A stretch of 35,079 nt of DNA, taken from sequence record SRR22947727_6326; one strand, written 5' to 3'. The notes beneath the pieces were generated by a model. The model was not told the origin of the DNA. It was given only the letters and a program-made list of their open reading frames with translations, and searched no databases. The position numbers and the translations under genes were made by a program. This document shows, in pieces, positions 1 to 10,519 of this stretch (positions are counted from its first letter, which is position 1; every line of letters starts with the position of its first letter).

Positions 1-522
1 GAGATTTACAAGGGTGAATTCACATCATTTGATGGTTTTGAAGGAGAGAATCAATTACGGCTTAATGAATTAGTTGCTAGCTTACCTGATGAATTAAGAA
101 AAAGTGTAGAAAGTAGTGTGATATTTGTCAATGGTTGCCATTCTTACGCAGCAACTATATTAGAAAGATGCCCTTTTGGAGTTTGGGATTCCGCAGGCAC
201 TTTTGCAGACGGAACAGTTAATTCTAAATGGAAGTTATCCGTTTGGGTGTCAAATAAAGCTTTTGCAAACAACCGTGCGTATGATACGTTACTTCATGAA
301 ACCTCGCATGCACTTTCTTACTTAACAAGAAACTGCATAAATCCAGAAGGCGAAAAAAAACGTATAGAAGCACAAGAATTTTTTGGTAGTGAGGAATTAT
401 TTGCTGACGCTTTAGCGATCTACTACGGAGGAGATTACGCTTATTACAGAGAGAATATTGTTTTACAAGATTCTGAAAGAGAATTTTTAGACAATTATAT
501 TGCTCTTTGTTGTGAAAATTAA
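1..522 (+). CDS. Putative zinc metallopeptidase (HExxH zincin), 5'-truncated by the window edge
   Basis: Frame 1 is open from base 1 (EIYKGEFTSFDGFEGENQLRLNELVASLPDELRKSVESSVIFVNGC...), so the ORF-track start at 118 is not the real start. It contains LLHETSHALS (HExxH) and a downstream EELFAD as the candidate third-ligand Glu. Confidence 0.6.
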   Translation, partial: EIYKGEFTSFDGFEGENQLRLNELVASLPDELRKSVESSVIFVNGCHSYAATILERCPFGVWDSAGTFADGTVNSKWKLSVWVSNKAFANNRAYDTLLHETSHALSYLTRNCINPEGEKKRIEAQEFFGSEELFADALAIYYGGDYAYYRENIVLQDSEREFLDNYIALCCEN

Positions 523-533
523 TAATAAATTAC

Positions 534-563
534 CTGTCAAGAAGATATAAAAACTAATATAAT
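534..563 (+). promoter_or_regulatory. Putative sigma70/SigA promoter for the BASS transporter
   Basis: CTGTCA (534-539), an 18-nt spacer, then TATAAT (558-563), 10 nt before ATG 574. No Shine-Dalgarno sequence is present. Confidence 0.45.
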
Positions 564-573
564 CTACTAATAC

Positions 574-1434
574 ATGAGCATAGAAGAACTAAGTTTATTA
601 ATTTCATCTTCGATAACCTTCAAAACAATTACACCCATGATTCCTGTAATGTTTTATTTTTTAGGAACTCAAACTAAATCTCAAGATATAAAAGATACCA
701 TTCAAAACAAAGTCACATTTTCATTTGCTTTATTTTTTCAACTGTTTGTCTTACCTTTAATTGGATTGACTCTTTATTTAGTATTTAATTCAAGTATATT
801 TGCAATATCAATAGCTATTGTTTTATTAGCTCCAGGTGGTTTCATATCCGGCATTTTAACCCATTACAAAGGTGGAAATATACCACTTTCTGTCTCTCTG
901 ACTTCACTAACTTCATTGATAACACCATTAACAACAGTATTTTGGTTAAGTATTATTTCTATAAATGCAGATGAGTTCTCATTTAATTTCCTAGAAACCC
1001 TAGTCCAGCTTTCATTATTAATTTTGTTACCTTTTATAGTTGGATATTTTTTGAACTTAAAGAATATAAATTTTTTTGATAGAGTATCTATATTTTTAGA
1101 CAAGTTTCTAAAAATGTATGTTTTAGCAATATCCTTATCTGGTCCATTTGAATTAAGAGAAGCTCTAGTTGACTATTTCTCAGAAGCCATAGTGATAGTT
1201 TTAATAGCAATTACGGTTGTCTTCCTTTCAGTTGAAGGAACTTTAAGATTCTTAAAAATTGAAAAAAGGGACGCAGTCACTATCTCTATTGAAGCCTTAT
1301 GTCAAAATTTTCCTATTGTGCTAACTTTTTCCATCTTGTTCAACTTACCTCAAATGGCTGTATTCGGTGTATTTTATTATCTTGCGACGCTATTAATAGT
1401 TGTTCCATATGCACTTTTAAAGCCAATAAAATAA
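574..1434 (+). CDS. Bile acid:sodium symporter (BASS/SBF) family transporter
   Basis: Very hydrophobic 286 aa. Family motifs QLFVLPLIG, APGG..S..LTH..GGNIPLSVSLT, ITPLT and TISIEALCQN. Confidence 0.85.
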   Translation: MSIEELSLLISSSITFKTITPMIPVMFYFLGTQTKSQDIKDTIQNKVTFSFALFFQLFVLPLIGLTLYLVFNSSIFAISIAIVLLAPGGFISGILTHYKGGNIPLSVSLTSLTSLITPLTTVFWLSIISINADEFSFNFLETLVQLSLLILLPFIVGYFLNLKNINFFDRVSIFLDKFLKMYVLAISLSGPFELREALVDYFSEAIVIVLIAITVVFLSVEGTLRFLKIEKRDAVTISIEALCQNFPIVLTFSILFNLPQMAVFGVFYYLATLLIVVPYALLKPIK

Positions 1435-1571
1435 TACAAACAACATTAAAGACTATTTATAAAAATAATAAAAACTATACCTTTACTAATAATATGTATA
1501 TAATGATGATGTCTTCAGACAATAAATTCACAAATCAATATCAAAAAAATTTGATTTAAATTAGGAGAAAA

Positions 1572-2918
1572 ATGTCCGCAAGAACGCAATTACAATCAAA
1601 ACCAGTTGCAGATCTTAGAGCAATAGCAGAAGGTTTAGGTCTTGAATTTAAAGGCCTACAAAAAGCAAAGCTTATAGATCTTCTATTAGAGCAAGGGGAC
1701 ACAGTTGTTGAAGCTGAGGAACCAGTTGTTGCAGAGGTAATTAATAAAAATGATGACTCAGACCTTCCATCAGTAGTCAATTCTGGAGACAGCCAAGTAA
1801 AAGCTGGAGAATCTAGAGAAGGCATTCTTGATATTCTTCCAGAGGGTTATGGATTTTTAAGATGTAGTGGTTATAAACCCGGTGATAATGATGTATATGT
1901 TCCTGCAGGAATTATAAAAAAATATAGGATGCGTAAAGGAGATTTAGTCGAAGGACCTATACGTGCACCAAGACAAAAAGAAAAGTACCCTGCTTTAATG
2001 GATCCAAAAACTGTTAATGCCGCTGACCCTGAATTATTGGCTAGAAGGGTTGATTTTAATAAATTAACACCTTTGTTCCCAGACGAACGTTTAAAACTAG
2101 AAGTAATAGGTAAACCTGAAAAAATAGTAGGAAGGATAATTGATTTAATTGCCCCTATAGGTAAAGGTCAAAGAGGATTAATCGTCTCACCTCCTAAAGC
2201 AGGGAAAACAACAATTCTTAAAGAAATCGCAAACTCAATTACTGAAAATAACCCCGAAGTACATTTAATGGTAGTTCTAGTTGATGAAAGACCAGAGGAA
2301 GTAACTGATATGCAGAGATCAGTAAACGGTGAGGTAATATTTTCTACTTTTGATAGACCTCCAGAAGAACATACACAAGTTTCAAGATTGGCAATTGAGA
2401 GAGCAAAAAGACTTACGGAAGAAGGAAAAGATGTTGTCATACTTTTAGACTCTATTACTCGTTTAGCTAGGGCACACAACTTGGCATCTCCAGCCAGTGG
2501 TAGGATTCTTTCCGGTGGATTAGATTCAACTGCAATTACCCCAGTAAAGCAATTTTTTGGTGCAGCTAGAAACATAGAAGGCGGAGGAAGCTTAACAATT
2601 CTTGGAACAGCTCTTGTTGAAACTGGTTCGAAAATGGATGAGGTTATATTTGAAGAATTCAAAGGTACTGGAAACATGGAACTTAAGCTTGATAGAGGTC
2701 TTGCGGATAAACGTGTCTTCCCAGCCATTGATGTCACACCTTCTGGAACTAGAGAAGAACAAAGACTTGTTTCACCACAAGAGCTACAATCCCTTTGGGC
2801 ACTAAGAAGAGTGTTAGTTGGACTTGAGAGCGGTGCTACAGAGCTTTTAATAGATAGGTTCAAAACTGTTAAAACCAATGAAGCCTTCTTAAAAGATGTC
2901 GCAAAAAACAACAAGTAA
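1572..2918 (+). CDS. rho: Transcription termination factor Rho
   Basis: EGYGFLR RNA-binding motif, APIGKGQRGLIVSPPKAGKT Walker A, DERPEEVTD, LLDSITRLARA and FEEFKGTGNMEL. SD AGGAG at 1563-1567. Confidence 0.99.
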   Translation: MSARTQLQSKPVADLRAIAEGLGLEFKGLQKAKLIDLLLEQGDTVVEAEEPVVAEVINKNDDSDLPSVVNSGDSQVKAGESREGILDILPEGYGFLRCSGYKPGDNDVYVPAGIIKKYRMRKGDLVEGPIRAPRQKEKYPALMDPKTVNAADPELLARRVDFNKLTPLFPDERLKLEVIGKPEKIVGRIIDLIAPIGKGQRGLIVSPPKAGKTTILKEIANSITENNPEVHLMVVLVDERPEEVTDMQRSVNGEVIFSTFDRPPEEHTQVSRLAIERAKRLTEEGKDVVILLDSITRLARAHNLASPASGRILSGGLDSTAITPVKQFFGAARNIEGGGSLTILGTALVETGSKMDEVIFEEFKGTGNMELKLDRGLADKRVFPAIDVTPSGTREEQRLVSPQELQSLWALRRVLVGLESGATELLIDRFKTVKTNEAFLKDVAKNNK

Positions 2919-2932
2919 GTTAGAGTGTAGAT

Positions 2933-3223
2933 ATGAAACAAGGCATACATCCAGATTATAGAGAAGTAGTTTTCCAAGATGAAGACGCAGGTTTTGCATT
3001 TCTTACTCGTTCTACAATTAAAACAAGTGAGACAATTTCTTGGGAAGATGGAAACGACTACCCATTAGTTAAACTTGAAATATCTAGTGCAAGTCACCCA
3101 TTTTTTACTGGTAAACAGAAACTTGTCGACTCCACAGGACGTGTAGAGAGATTTAAACAAAGGTACGGTTCTACAAGTACCCGTCAATCACCACAAGAAG
3201 CTTCTTCTCAAGAAGAAGAATAA
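2933..3223 (+). CDS. rpmE2: 50S ribosomal protein L31 type B (Zn-independent, Cys-free)
   Basis: [16 protein letters not shown]...[37 protein letters not shown], with no cysteines. Confidence 0.95.
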   Translation: MKQGIHPDYREVVFQDEDAGFAFLTRSTIKTSETISWEDGNDYPLVKLEISSASHPFFTGKQKLVDSTGRVERFKQRYGSTSTRQSPQEASSQEEE

Positions 3224-3243
3224 CTTAATTTAATACACCCAAA

Positions 3244-4155
3244 ATGTCTAAAGACAATATTGCCTATGGAGGACAAGCTGTAATTGGTGGCGTCCTGATA
3301 CAAAGTCCAAAGGGTTGGTCTCTCGCTGTAAGAGATCAAAAAAATCAAATTCATAATTACTTTGAAAAAAGAACTCCATTAACGCAAAGAGAGGGTATTT
3401 GGAAAATACCTTTCGTAAGAGGAGTGGGAGCGTTAATTGATTCTTTATATGTGGGCTATAAAGGCATATCACTTTCAGATACTTTATATTATGGCGAACA
3501 AGAAGAAGAGACTCTTTTTACTAAAATTACTAATACTTTACTTATAGTGTCAATACTGAGTCTTCTTATAGTCGGGCCAAGATTATTGATAGACCTCTTA
3601 GATCTTACCCAAACTATGAAGGGATTTACTGAAGGCATTCTGAGAGGATTAATTGTTATTACATACATTTACCTAGTTGGTAAAACAAAGGATGCTCAAG
3701 AGTTGTTTGAGTATCATGGCGCAGAACATATGACCATAGCATCATTCGAAGCTGAACATTCACTTGAAATAGATGATGTTAAAAAATTTCCCAAAGAGCA
3801 TATTCGATGTGGTACTTCTTTTATATTTTTAATAGTTTTTGTCAGCCTGTTGACTCTTCCCTTTATTCCAACCCTTAATGTATTTTTTACTCTTATCACA
3901 CGGCTGTTACATGTTTTTGTTGTCGCAATGATTTCGTATGAAATATTAAAATTTAACTTTAAAAATAGTGATTCTTTAATCTCCAAAATTTTTGCAACGC
4001 CTGGAATTTGGACTCAAAAAATAACTACAAAAATACCCAGTGATGAACAGATTCAAGTTGCAATAATATCTATGGCTAATTGTATTAAATATAGTGAAGA
4101 TAATGCTCAATTTGATGAACTACTATCTACATCAAAGGAGTTAAAAAATGGATGA
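3244..4155 (+). CDS. DUF1385 (YqhQ-like) membrane protein, putative metal-dependent enzyme
   Basis: YGGQAVIGGV N-terminus, KIPFVRG, FEYHGAEH, HIRCGTSF and PGIWTQKITTKIP. It sits in the usual position between rpmE and prfA/prmC. Confidence 0.9.
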   Translation: MSKDNIAYGGQAVIGGVLIQSPKGWSLAVRDQKNQIHNYFEKRTPLTQREGIWKIPFVRGVGALIDSLYVGYKGISLSDTLYYGEQEEETLFTKITNTLLIVSILSLLIVGPRLLIDLLDLTQTMKGFTEGILRGLIVITYIYLVGKTKDAQELFEYHGAEHMTIASFEAEHSLEIDDVKKFPKEHIRCGTSFIFLIVFVSLLTLPFIPTLNVFFTLITRLLHVFVVAMISYEILKFNFKNSDSLISKIFATPGIWTQKITTKIPSDEQIQVAIISMANCIKYSEDNAQFDELLSTSKELKNG

Positions 4156-5230
4156 AGCATTAGTTGAGAAACTTACAGCATTAGAAAGCTCTTTAGAAGA
4201 GATAGAAGCAGAACTCCAAAAGATGGATATATCATCAGATCCAAAAGCATATGCTGAATTAGCAAAAAGACATAGTGATGTCACTGCAATTGTTGTTCTT
4301 TTTAATGAATGGAGAACGATCAACAGTGATATAGCTGATGCAGAAGAAATGTTAAAATCTGAAGAGGATACTGATATGAAAACAGAGCTTGAGGCATTAG
4401 TGAGTGACTCAAAATCTTCAATTATTGACCTTACAGAAAATATTAAAATTGCACTTTTACCAAAAGACCCTCTTGATGAAAAAGATGTTTTAGTAGAGAT
4501 ACGTCCCGGTGCAGGTGGAGAAGAGGCAGCAATATGGGTTGGAGATTTGTATAAAATGTATACTCGTTTTGCGGAGAGGAATACCTGGAATGTTGAGCCT
4601 ATAGAACTTACAGCATCAGACCAAGGAGGCTATAACAAAATTATTTTCTCAATTAAATCCAAGGGTGTTTATTCAAAACTTAAGTTTGAGGCAGGAGCTC
4701 ATAGAGTTCAAAGAATTCCTAAAACGGAGTCACAAGGTAGAGTACACACCTCGATAGCTACTGTTGCTGTTCTTCCAGAAGCAGAAGAGGTTGACTTAAG
4801 TATTGCAGCAAATGATTTAAAAATTGATGTATATAGGTCTAGTGGACCAGGTGGTCAGAGTGTTAATACAACTGATTCCGCAGTAAGAATTACCTATATC
4901 CCCACAGGATTAGTTGTGACCAGTCAAGATGAAAAATCACAATTAAAAAATAAAAATCAAGCAATGAGAATCTTACGAGCACGCCTACTAAAAGCACGAC
5001 AAGATGAAGCTGCTGCCGAAAGAGCTAAAGACAGAAAAGAACAAGTAGGTTCCGGTGAACGCTCAGATAAAATAAGAACTTATAATTATAAAGACAACAG
5101 AGTTTCTGATCACCGTATCAATTTAACAATTAAACGACTAGATCAAGTTCTAGATGGGGACTTAGAAGATTTTGTCACGGCTTTGATTGCCGATCATGAA
5201 ACTACACGTTTGGCTAACTTGGAAGAATAA
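4148..5230 (+). CDS. prfA: Peptide chain release factor 1
   Basis: HRVQRIPKTESQGRVHTS (PxT motif of RF1), SSGPGGQSVNTTDSAVR (GGQ) and RSDKIRTYN. Confidence 0.99.
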   Translation: MDEALVEKLTALESSLEEIEAELQKMDISSDPKAYAELAKRHSDVTAIVVLFNEWRTINSDIADAEEMLKSEEDTDMKTELEALVSDSKSSIIDLTENIKIALLPKDPLDEKDVLVEIRPGAGGEEAAIWVGDLYKMYTRFAERNTWNVEPIELTASDQGGYNKIIFSIKSKGVYSKLKFEAGAHRVQRIPKTESQGRVHTSIATVAVLPEAEEVDLSIAANDLKIDVYRSSGPGGQSVNTTDSAVRITYIPTGLVVTSQDEKSQLKNKNQAMRILRARLLKARQDEAAAERAKDRKEQVGSGERSDKIRTYNYKDNRVSDHRINLTIKRLDQVLDGDLEDFVTALIADHETTRLANLEE

Positions 5231-5231
5231 A

Positions 5232-5981
5232 GTGAACATCAGAAATATACCAGAATACGAATTAGCTCGATTGAGAGAAAAAGCAAAAGAAATAAATGGT
5301 TCACCTACAGACTATGAAAATGAGTATTCGACGCTTTTAACAAGAAGACTTAACCACGAACCCTTGCAGTACATTGAAGAGTACGTACCTTTTTACACCA
5401 TTCAATTAAAGGTTGATCAGCGTTGTTTAATACCTAGACCTGAAACAGAGTATCTTATTGAGCTAATCAAAGAAAATACCAAACCCTCAAAAGGCATTTT
5501 AGATATTGGAACTGGTTCAGGGTGTATTGCTTTAATGATGAAAGTTTTATTTCCTGATGTTGAAGTTTCTGGTATAGACATTTCCCAAGAAGCATTAAGT
5601 ATTGCAATTGAAAATGCACAACTGAACTCAGTGCCTGTAAATTTCTATCAATCCGATCTGTTAGAAAATGTTAAAACTAAAAATCTTGATTTAATAATTG
5701 CAAATCTTCCATATATACCTCAGGAAAATTTAGATGGCCTTGACAAAGAGGTTATTGATTACGAACCTCTAATTGCATTAAATGGGGGAGTAGATGGTTT
5801 AGAAATAATATCAAGATTAATACAACAAATTGAAAATAATGACCTCACCAACTTAACACTTTGTCTTGAGATTGACTCAACAAAGTCAGAACAAACTTTA
5901 GATTTATTAGCAGATTGGAAAGATGTTAAATTACTAAAAGATTTAGCTGAAAAGGATCGCTATGTTTTTGCAACTAGATAA
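5232..5981 (+). CDS. prmC: Release factor glutamine N5-methyltransferase (PrmC/HemK)
   Basis: EPLQYI, LIPRPETE, LDIGTGSGCIA and ANLPY (NPPY-like). The start is set at the in-frame GTG 5232, 1 nt after the prfA stop, rather than TTG 5187 inside prfA. Confidence 0.93.
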   Translation: MNIRNIPEYELARLREKAKEINGSPTDYENEYSTLLTRRLNHEPLQYIEEYVPFYTIQLKVDQRCLIPRPETEYLIELIKENTKPSKGILDIGTGSGCIALMMKVLFPDVEVSGIDISQEALSIAIENAQLNSVPVNFYQSDLLENVKTKNLDLIIANLPYIPQENLDGLDKEVIDYEPLIALNGGVDGLEIISRLIQQIENNDLTNLTLCLEIDSTKSEQTLDLLADWKDVKLLKDLAEKDRYVFATR

Positions 5982-6549
5982 TTTAGATGAAGCTGTAAAT
6001 AAAATTAAAGAGAATCAAATTGTAGGTATTCCCACTGAAACTGTCTACGGGATTGGTGTTAACCCAAACTCTCAGGAAGCAGTAGACAATCTCTTTAAAA
6101 TCAAAAAAAGAGATGATGACAAACCAGTCTCATTGCTCGTACATTCTTTTGCTGAATTAAGAAAACTTAATATAAAAACAGAAATACCTGAAGTGGTTGA
6201 TTTATATTGGCCCGGCCCGTTGACAGTAGTTGTTGAGGTAGAGGAGGCATTCCCACCTGGTGTGGGTACCAATAATCCAAATTCAGTTGGAATTAGAGTA
6301 CCTGAAAATGAATTAGCCCTTGAACTATTGAAACAAACTGGACCTCTAGCAGTTACTAGTGCAAATATTTCAGGTAACAGGGAGGCAAATAATCACATTG
6401 AAGCTGAAAATATATTTGGTAATTCCGTTTCAGCCTATTTGGAAGGTTATGCAACTCACGGGGATGGTTCAACAGTTGTAGACCTGAGAATCGAGGGAGG
6501 AAAAATTTTAAGGCAAGGTCCATTAAAGTGGCCACCAAGTTACTGTTAA
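5962..6549 (+). CDS. tsaC: L-threonylcarbamoyladenylate synthase (TsaC/YrdC, no SUA5 C-terminal domain)
   Basis: PTETVYGIG, KKR...KP, WPGPLT, GIRVP, TSANISG and STVVD. Confidence 0.95.
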   Translation: MFLQLDNLDEAVNKIKENQIVGIPTETVYGIGVNPNSQEAVDNLFKIKKRDDDKPVSLLVHSFAELRKLNIKTEIPEVVDLYWPGPLTVVVEVEEAFPPGVGTNNPNSVGIRVPENELALELLKQTGPLAVTSANISGNREANNHIEAENIFGNSVSAYLEGYATHGDGSTVVDLRIEGGKILRQGPLKWPPSYC

Positions 6550-6552
6550 GAT

Positions 6553-7821
6553 ATGAATATGGATATTAATGGTGCTTCACAAAAGAACTTATCAGATGTC
6601 GATGTCGAAATTTCAAATTTAATAGATGAAGATTTAAGTAGACAGAATTCTCATATTCACTTAATTGCATCTGAAAACTTTGCATCGAAAGCAGTAATGG
6701 AGGCATCAGGATCAATTCTTACAAACAAATACTCTGAAGGCTTTCCTGGTAGAAGATACTATGAAGGATGTGAGACTGTTGATGAAATAGAACAACTAGC
6801 TATAGATAGAGCTTGTGAGCTTTTTGACGCTGATCACGCAAATGTTCAGCCTCACTCTGGATCGTCTGCAAATATGGCGGTCTATCTTCAATTATTAAAT
6901 GCTGGAGATACCGTCATGGGGATGAACCTTGATCAAGGTGGTCACCTGACACACGGTTCGCCTGTAAATTTTTCTGGCCGCATGTATAATTTTGTAGGTT
7001 ATGGCTTAAATAAGGAAACAGAATTAATTGATATGGAGGAGGTTGAGAAACTTGCCCACCAACATAAACCAAAATTATTGATAGCCGGTTACTCCTCATA
7101 CTCACAAAATTTAGATTTCAAAGCCTTTAGGGAAATCGCAGATTCAATAGATGCAAAGTTTATGGTTGATGCAGCCCATTTTATTGGATTAGTTGCCGGT
7201 AAAGTTGTGGATAATCCGATGGAGTACGCAGATATTGTTACGGCCACAACCCATAAAGCCCTCAGAGGTCCACGGGGTGGACTCATACTTTCTAAAGAAG
7301 AATTTGCAAAAGATGTAGATAAAAATATTTTTCCTGGTGCACAGGGTGGAGCAATAAACAATCAAATAGCTGCAAAAGCAGTTTGTTTCAAGGAAGCGTT
7401 ATCAGACGATTTTAAAACGTACACACAACAGATTTTAAAGAACGCCAAAGCTCTAGCAGACTCATTCTCAAACGAGGGACTAAGGGTTGTTAGTGGGGGA
7501 ACCGTTAACCATATTGTCTTAGTTGATACTCAGAGTGTGGATGAAGAACTCACAGGAAAAGAAGCTGGTATTTTATTGAATGAAATGGGTATAACTCTCA
7601 ATAGAAACGCAATACCATTTGATACAAGATCTCCCTTTGTAACATCAGGTATACGCATGGGAACACCAGCAGTTACAACCTGCGGTATGAAAGAAGAGCA
7701 GTTAACTACAGTTGGTTTATTAATCTCTGATATTCTTAAAAATAGGAATGATGAAAAACAATTATCAAATTTAAAAGCCCAGGTAAGAGATCTGGCAATA
7801 ACACATCAACCGTATGCCTAA
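6553..7821 (+). CDS. glyA: Serine hydroxymethyltransferase
   Basis: [38 protein letters not shown] and [14 protein letters not shown] (PLP lysine). Confidence 0.99.
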   Translation: MNMDINGASQKNLSDVDVEISNLIDEDLSRQNSHIHLIASENFASKAVMEASGSILTNKYSEGFPGRRYYEGCETVDEIEQLAIDRACELFDADHANVQPHSGSSANMAVYLQLLNAGDTVMGMNLDQGGHLTHGSPVNFSGRMYNFVGYGLNKETELIDMEEVEKLAHQHKPKLLIAGYSSYSQNLDFKAFREIADSIDAKFMVDAAHFIGLVAGKVVDNPMEYADIVTATTHKALRGPRGGLILSKEEFAKDVDKNIFPGAQGGAINNQIAAKAVCFKEALSDDFKTYTQQILKNAKALADSFSNEGLRVVSGGTVNHIVLVDTQSVDEELTGKEAGILLNEMGITLNRNAIPFDTRSPFVTSGIRMGTPAVTTCGMKEEQLTTVGLLISDILKNRNDEKQLSNLKAQVRDLAITHQPYA

Positions 7822-8023
7822 AAAAAATAATCTTAACCTTCAAGACTTTGGTCCAGTAACTTCCTTTTCAACATCGATCATTAGCGGACTACTTATTGGG
7901 CTCTTAATTCAATACTTTATTGGCTATGAACCAGTTCCAGTAATTATATTTGTTTTAATAGGTATCTATGATGGCTCAAGAAGAATGTGGCAAATCTCCA
8001 AAAAGTTAGAGAATAACTTATGA
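7814..8023 (+). CDS. AtpZ/AtpI-family (ATPase gene 1) small membrane protein
   Basis: 69 aa with two hydrophobic helices ([16 protein letters not shown] and [13 protein letters not shown]). First gene of the atp cluster, overlapping the glyA stop. Confidence 0.75.
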   Translation: MPKKNNLNLQDFGPVTSFSTSIISGLLIGLLIQYFIGYEPVPVIIFVLIGIYDGSRRMWQISKKLENNL

Positions 8024-8407
8024 ATGTGGAGTTAATACTTGCTACTCGTATGCTTAAACGATCTTTTCCAATTTATACACTTGTCCCGTTATTGTTCTTA
8101 ATTAAGTCAACAGAATCTATGATCACATCTCTCGTTTCTGGTTTGATTGTTGCATCAGGTTTTTATTTGGGAGCTTTTCTAATGTCTTTTGCTGCAAATA
8201 TCTCACTTAACTTTTATTATTTCTCAGCTTTATTTGGCTACGTAGCAAGATTAATTTACATATTTGGATTTCTCTTATTATTTAGAAACCTATATCCTAT
8301 TGATGAAATGGCAATGTCACTGACAGTGCCTATTGTTTTTTTGAGCATGTTATTTTTAGAAATGGCTATGGTTATAAAGAGAAAAGACACAGATTTAGAT
8401 TGGGCAA

Positions 8408-8424
<17 letters not shown>
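8020..8424 (+). CDS. atpI: ATP synthase protein I-like 4-TM protein
   Basis: 134 aa with four hydrophobic segments and GYVARL (conserved basic residue), directly upstream of atpB. Confidence 0.7.
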
Positions 8425-9435
<1,011 letters not shown>

Positions 9436-9444
9436 GATTAACAA

Positions 9445-9990
9445 ATGACTTTAAATTTAAACGTATTTTACGCAGAAGCTGAAGAAGCAGGTTCAGGGGT
9501 AGATCTACTTCTTCCTGCTACATCAGAGTTGGTTGCAGGTATTGCTGCCTTTGCAATTGTCTTTTTCTTTGTTTGGAAATGGGCATTACCAGCTTTGAAT
9601 ACAACTCTTGAAGAAAGAGCTGCATCAATTGAAGGACAAATTGAAGCTGCTGAAGCAACAAAAGCGGAAGCAGAATCAACAAAAGCTGAATATGCAAAGT
9701 TAGTTTCAGATGCAAACTCTGAAGTTCAAAAAATAATTGATGAAGGTAAAGCTGCTGCTGAAAAAGTAAAAGAAGAAATTATCGATCAAGCTAGACAAGA
9801 TGCTGAAGCAATTGTTGAAAAAGCTAAGTCCGATTCTGAAGCTGAAAAGGAGAGATTATCATCAGAGATAAGTTCCCAAGTCGCAGATTTGTCATTAGCA
9901 ATCTCACAAAAAGTTGCTGCATCAATGTCAGAAAAAGATCAACAAGATTTAATTGATAAATTCATTAAAGACATGGAGACATCAAGCTAA
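9445..9990 (+). CDS. atpF: F0 ATP synthase subunit b
   Basis: One N-terminal TM helix, WALP...LEER, then a long Ala/Glu/Lys coiled coil. Operon position fits. Confidence 0.95.
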   Translation: MTLNLNVFYAEAEEAGSGVDLLLPATSELVAGIAAFAIVFFFVWKWALPALNTTLEERAASIEGQIEAAEATKAEAESTKAEYAKLVSDANSEVQKIIDEGKAAAEKVKEEIIDQARQDAEAIVEKAKSDSEAEKERLSSEISSQVADLSLAISQKVAASMSEKDQQDLIDKFIKDMETSS

Positions 9991-10518
9991 ATGGGTACAG
10001 AATCTTTTTCTAAAGGGTTAGTAGAAATTATTTCATCATCTAATGAAAGTGCAAAAATTGAAGGGGAATTCCTCCAAGTACTTCAAGCACTAAACACTAA
10101 TAGTGAGGCATTAGATGTATTTAGAAATTTTGGTATCCCTGCTGATAAAAAAATTGAAGCAATAAGTAATATCTTTTCAAAAAGAGTTACTTCAATGACT
10201 CTTGATTTAGTAACACTTACTATTTCTCAAGGTTATGCAGACAACTTATCAGACATAGAACAGCAAGTATCTAACTATATTGCTGAAAAGAGAGGTGCTG
10301 CATTAGCAAAGGTTGTTTCCGCTGTTGAATTAAATGAATCAACCCAAAAAAATCTTAAGGCTGCACTCAAAAATAAATTAGGAAGAGATGTTGAACTTAG
10401 TCTTAAAGTTGATTCTTCTGTAATAGGTGGAATTAAAGTAAGTATCGGTGAGAGAACTTTTGATGGTTTGCTCTCATCAAAGTTTTCAGATATCCAAACA
10501 GTATTAGAAGGAAGGTAA
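9991..10518 (+). CDS. atpH: F1 ATP synthase subunit delta
   Basis: VVSAVEL and [20 protein letters not shown] at the C-terminus. Operon position fits. Confidence 0.93.
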   Translation: MGTESFSKGLVEIISSSNESAKIEGEFLQVLQALNTNSEALDVFRNFGIPADKKIEAISNIFSKRVTSMTLDLVTLTISQGYADNLSDIEQQVSNYIAEKRGAALAKVVSAVELNESTQKNLKAALKNKLGRDVELSLKVDSSVIGGIKVSIGERTFDGLLSSKFSDIQTVLEGR

Positions 10519-10519
10519 T

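Noticed and set aside
1299..1559. 86-aa ORF spanning the BASS end and the rho upstream region
   Set aside because: It overlaps BASS out of frame, has an Asn/Lys/Ile composition typical of AT-rich intergenic DNA, and has no SD.
1435..1571. G-poor rho leader as an autoregulatory rut site or ncRNA
   Set aside because: There is only a weak 6-bp AT-rich hairpin and a slight C>G bias, which cannot be told apart from AT-rich background.
2168..2977. 269-aa antisense ORF opposite rho, and similar minus-strand ORFs inside glyA, atp, pst, nptA, amtB and gltB and plus-strand ORFs inside korAB
   Set aside because: These are shadow ORFs of conserved genes, with no motifs or credible translation signals.
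5187..5231. TTG start for prmC inside prfA
   Set aside because: The in-frame GTG at 5232 immediately after the prfA stop is more parsimonious.
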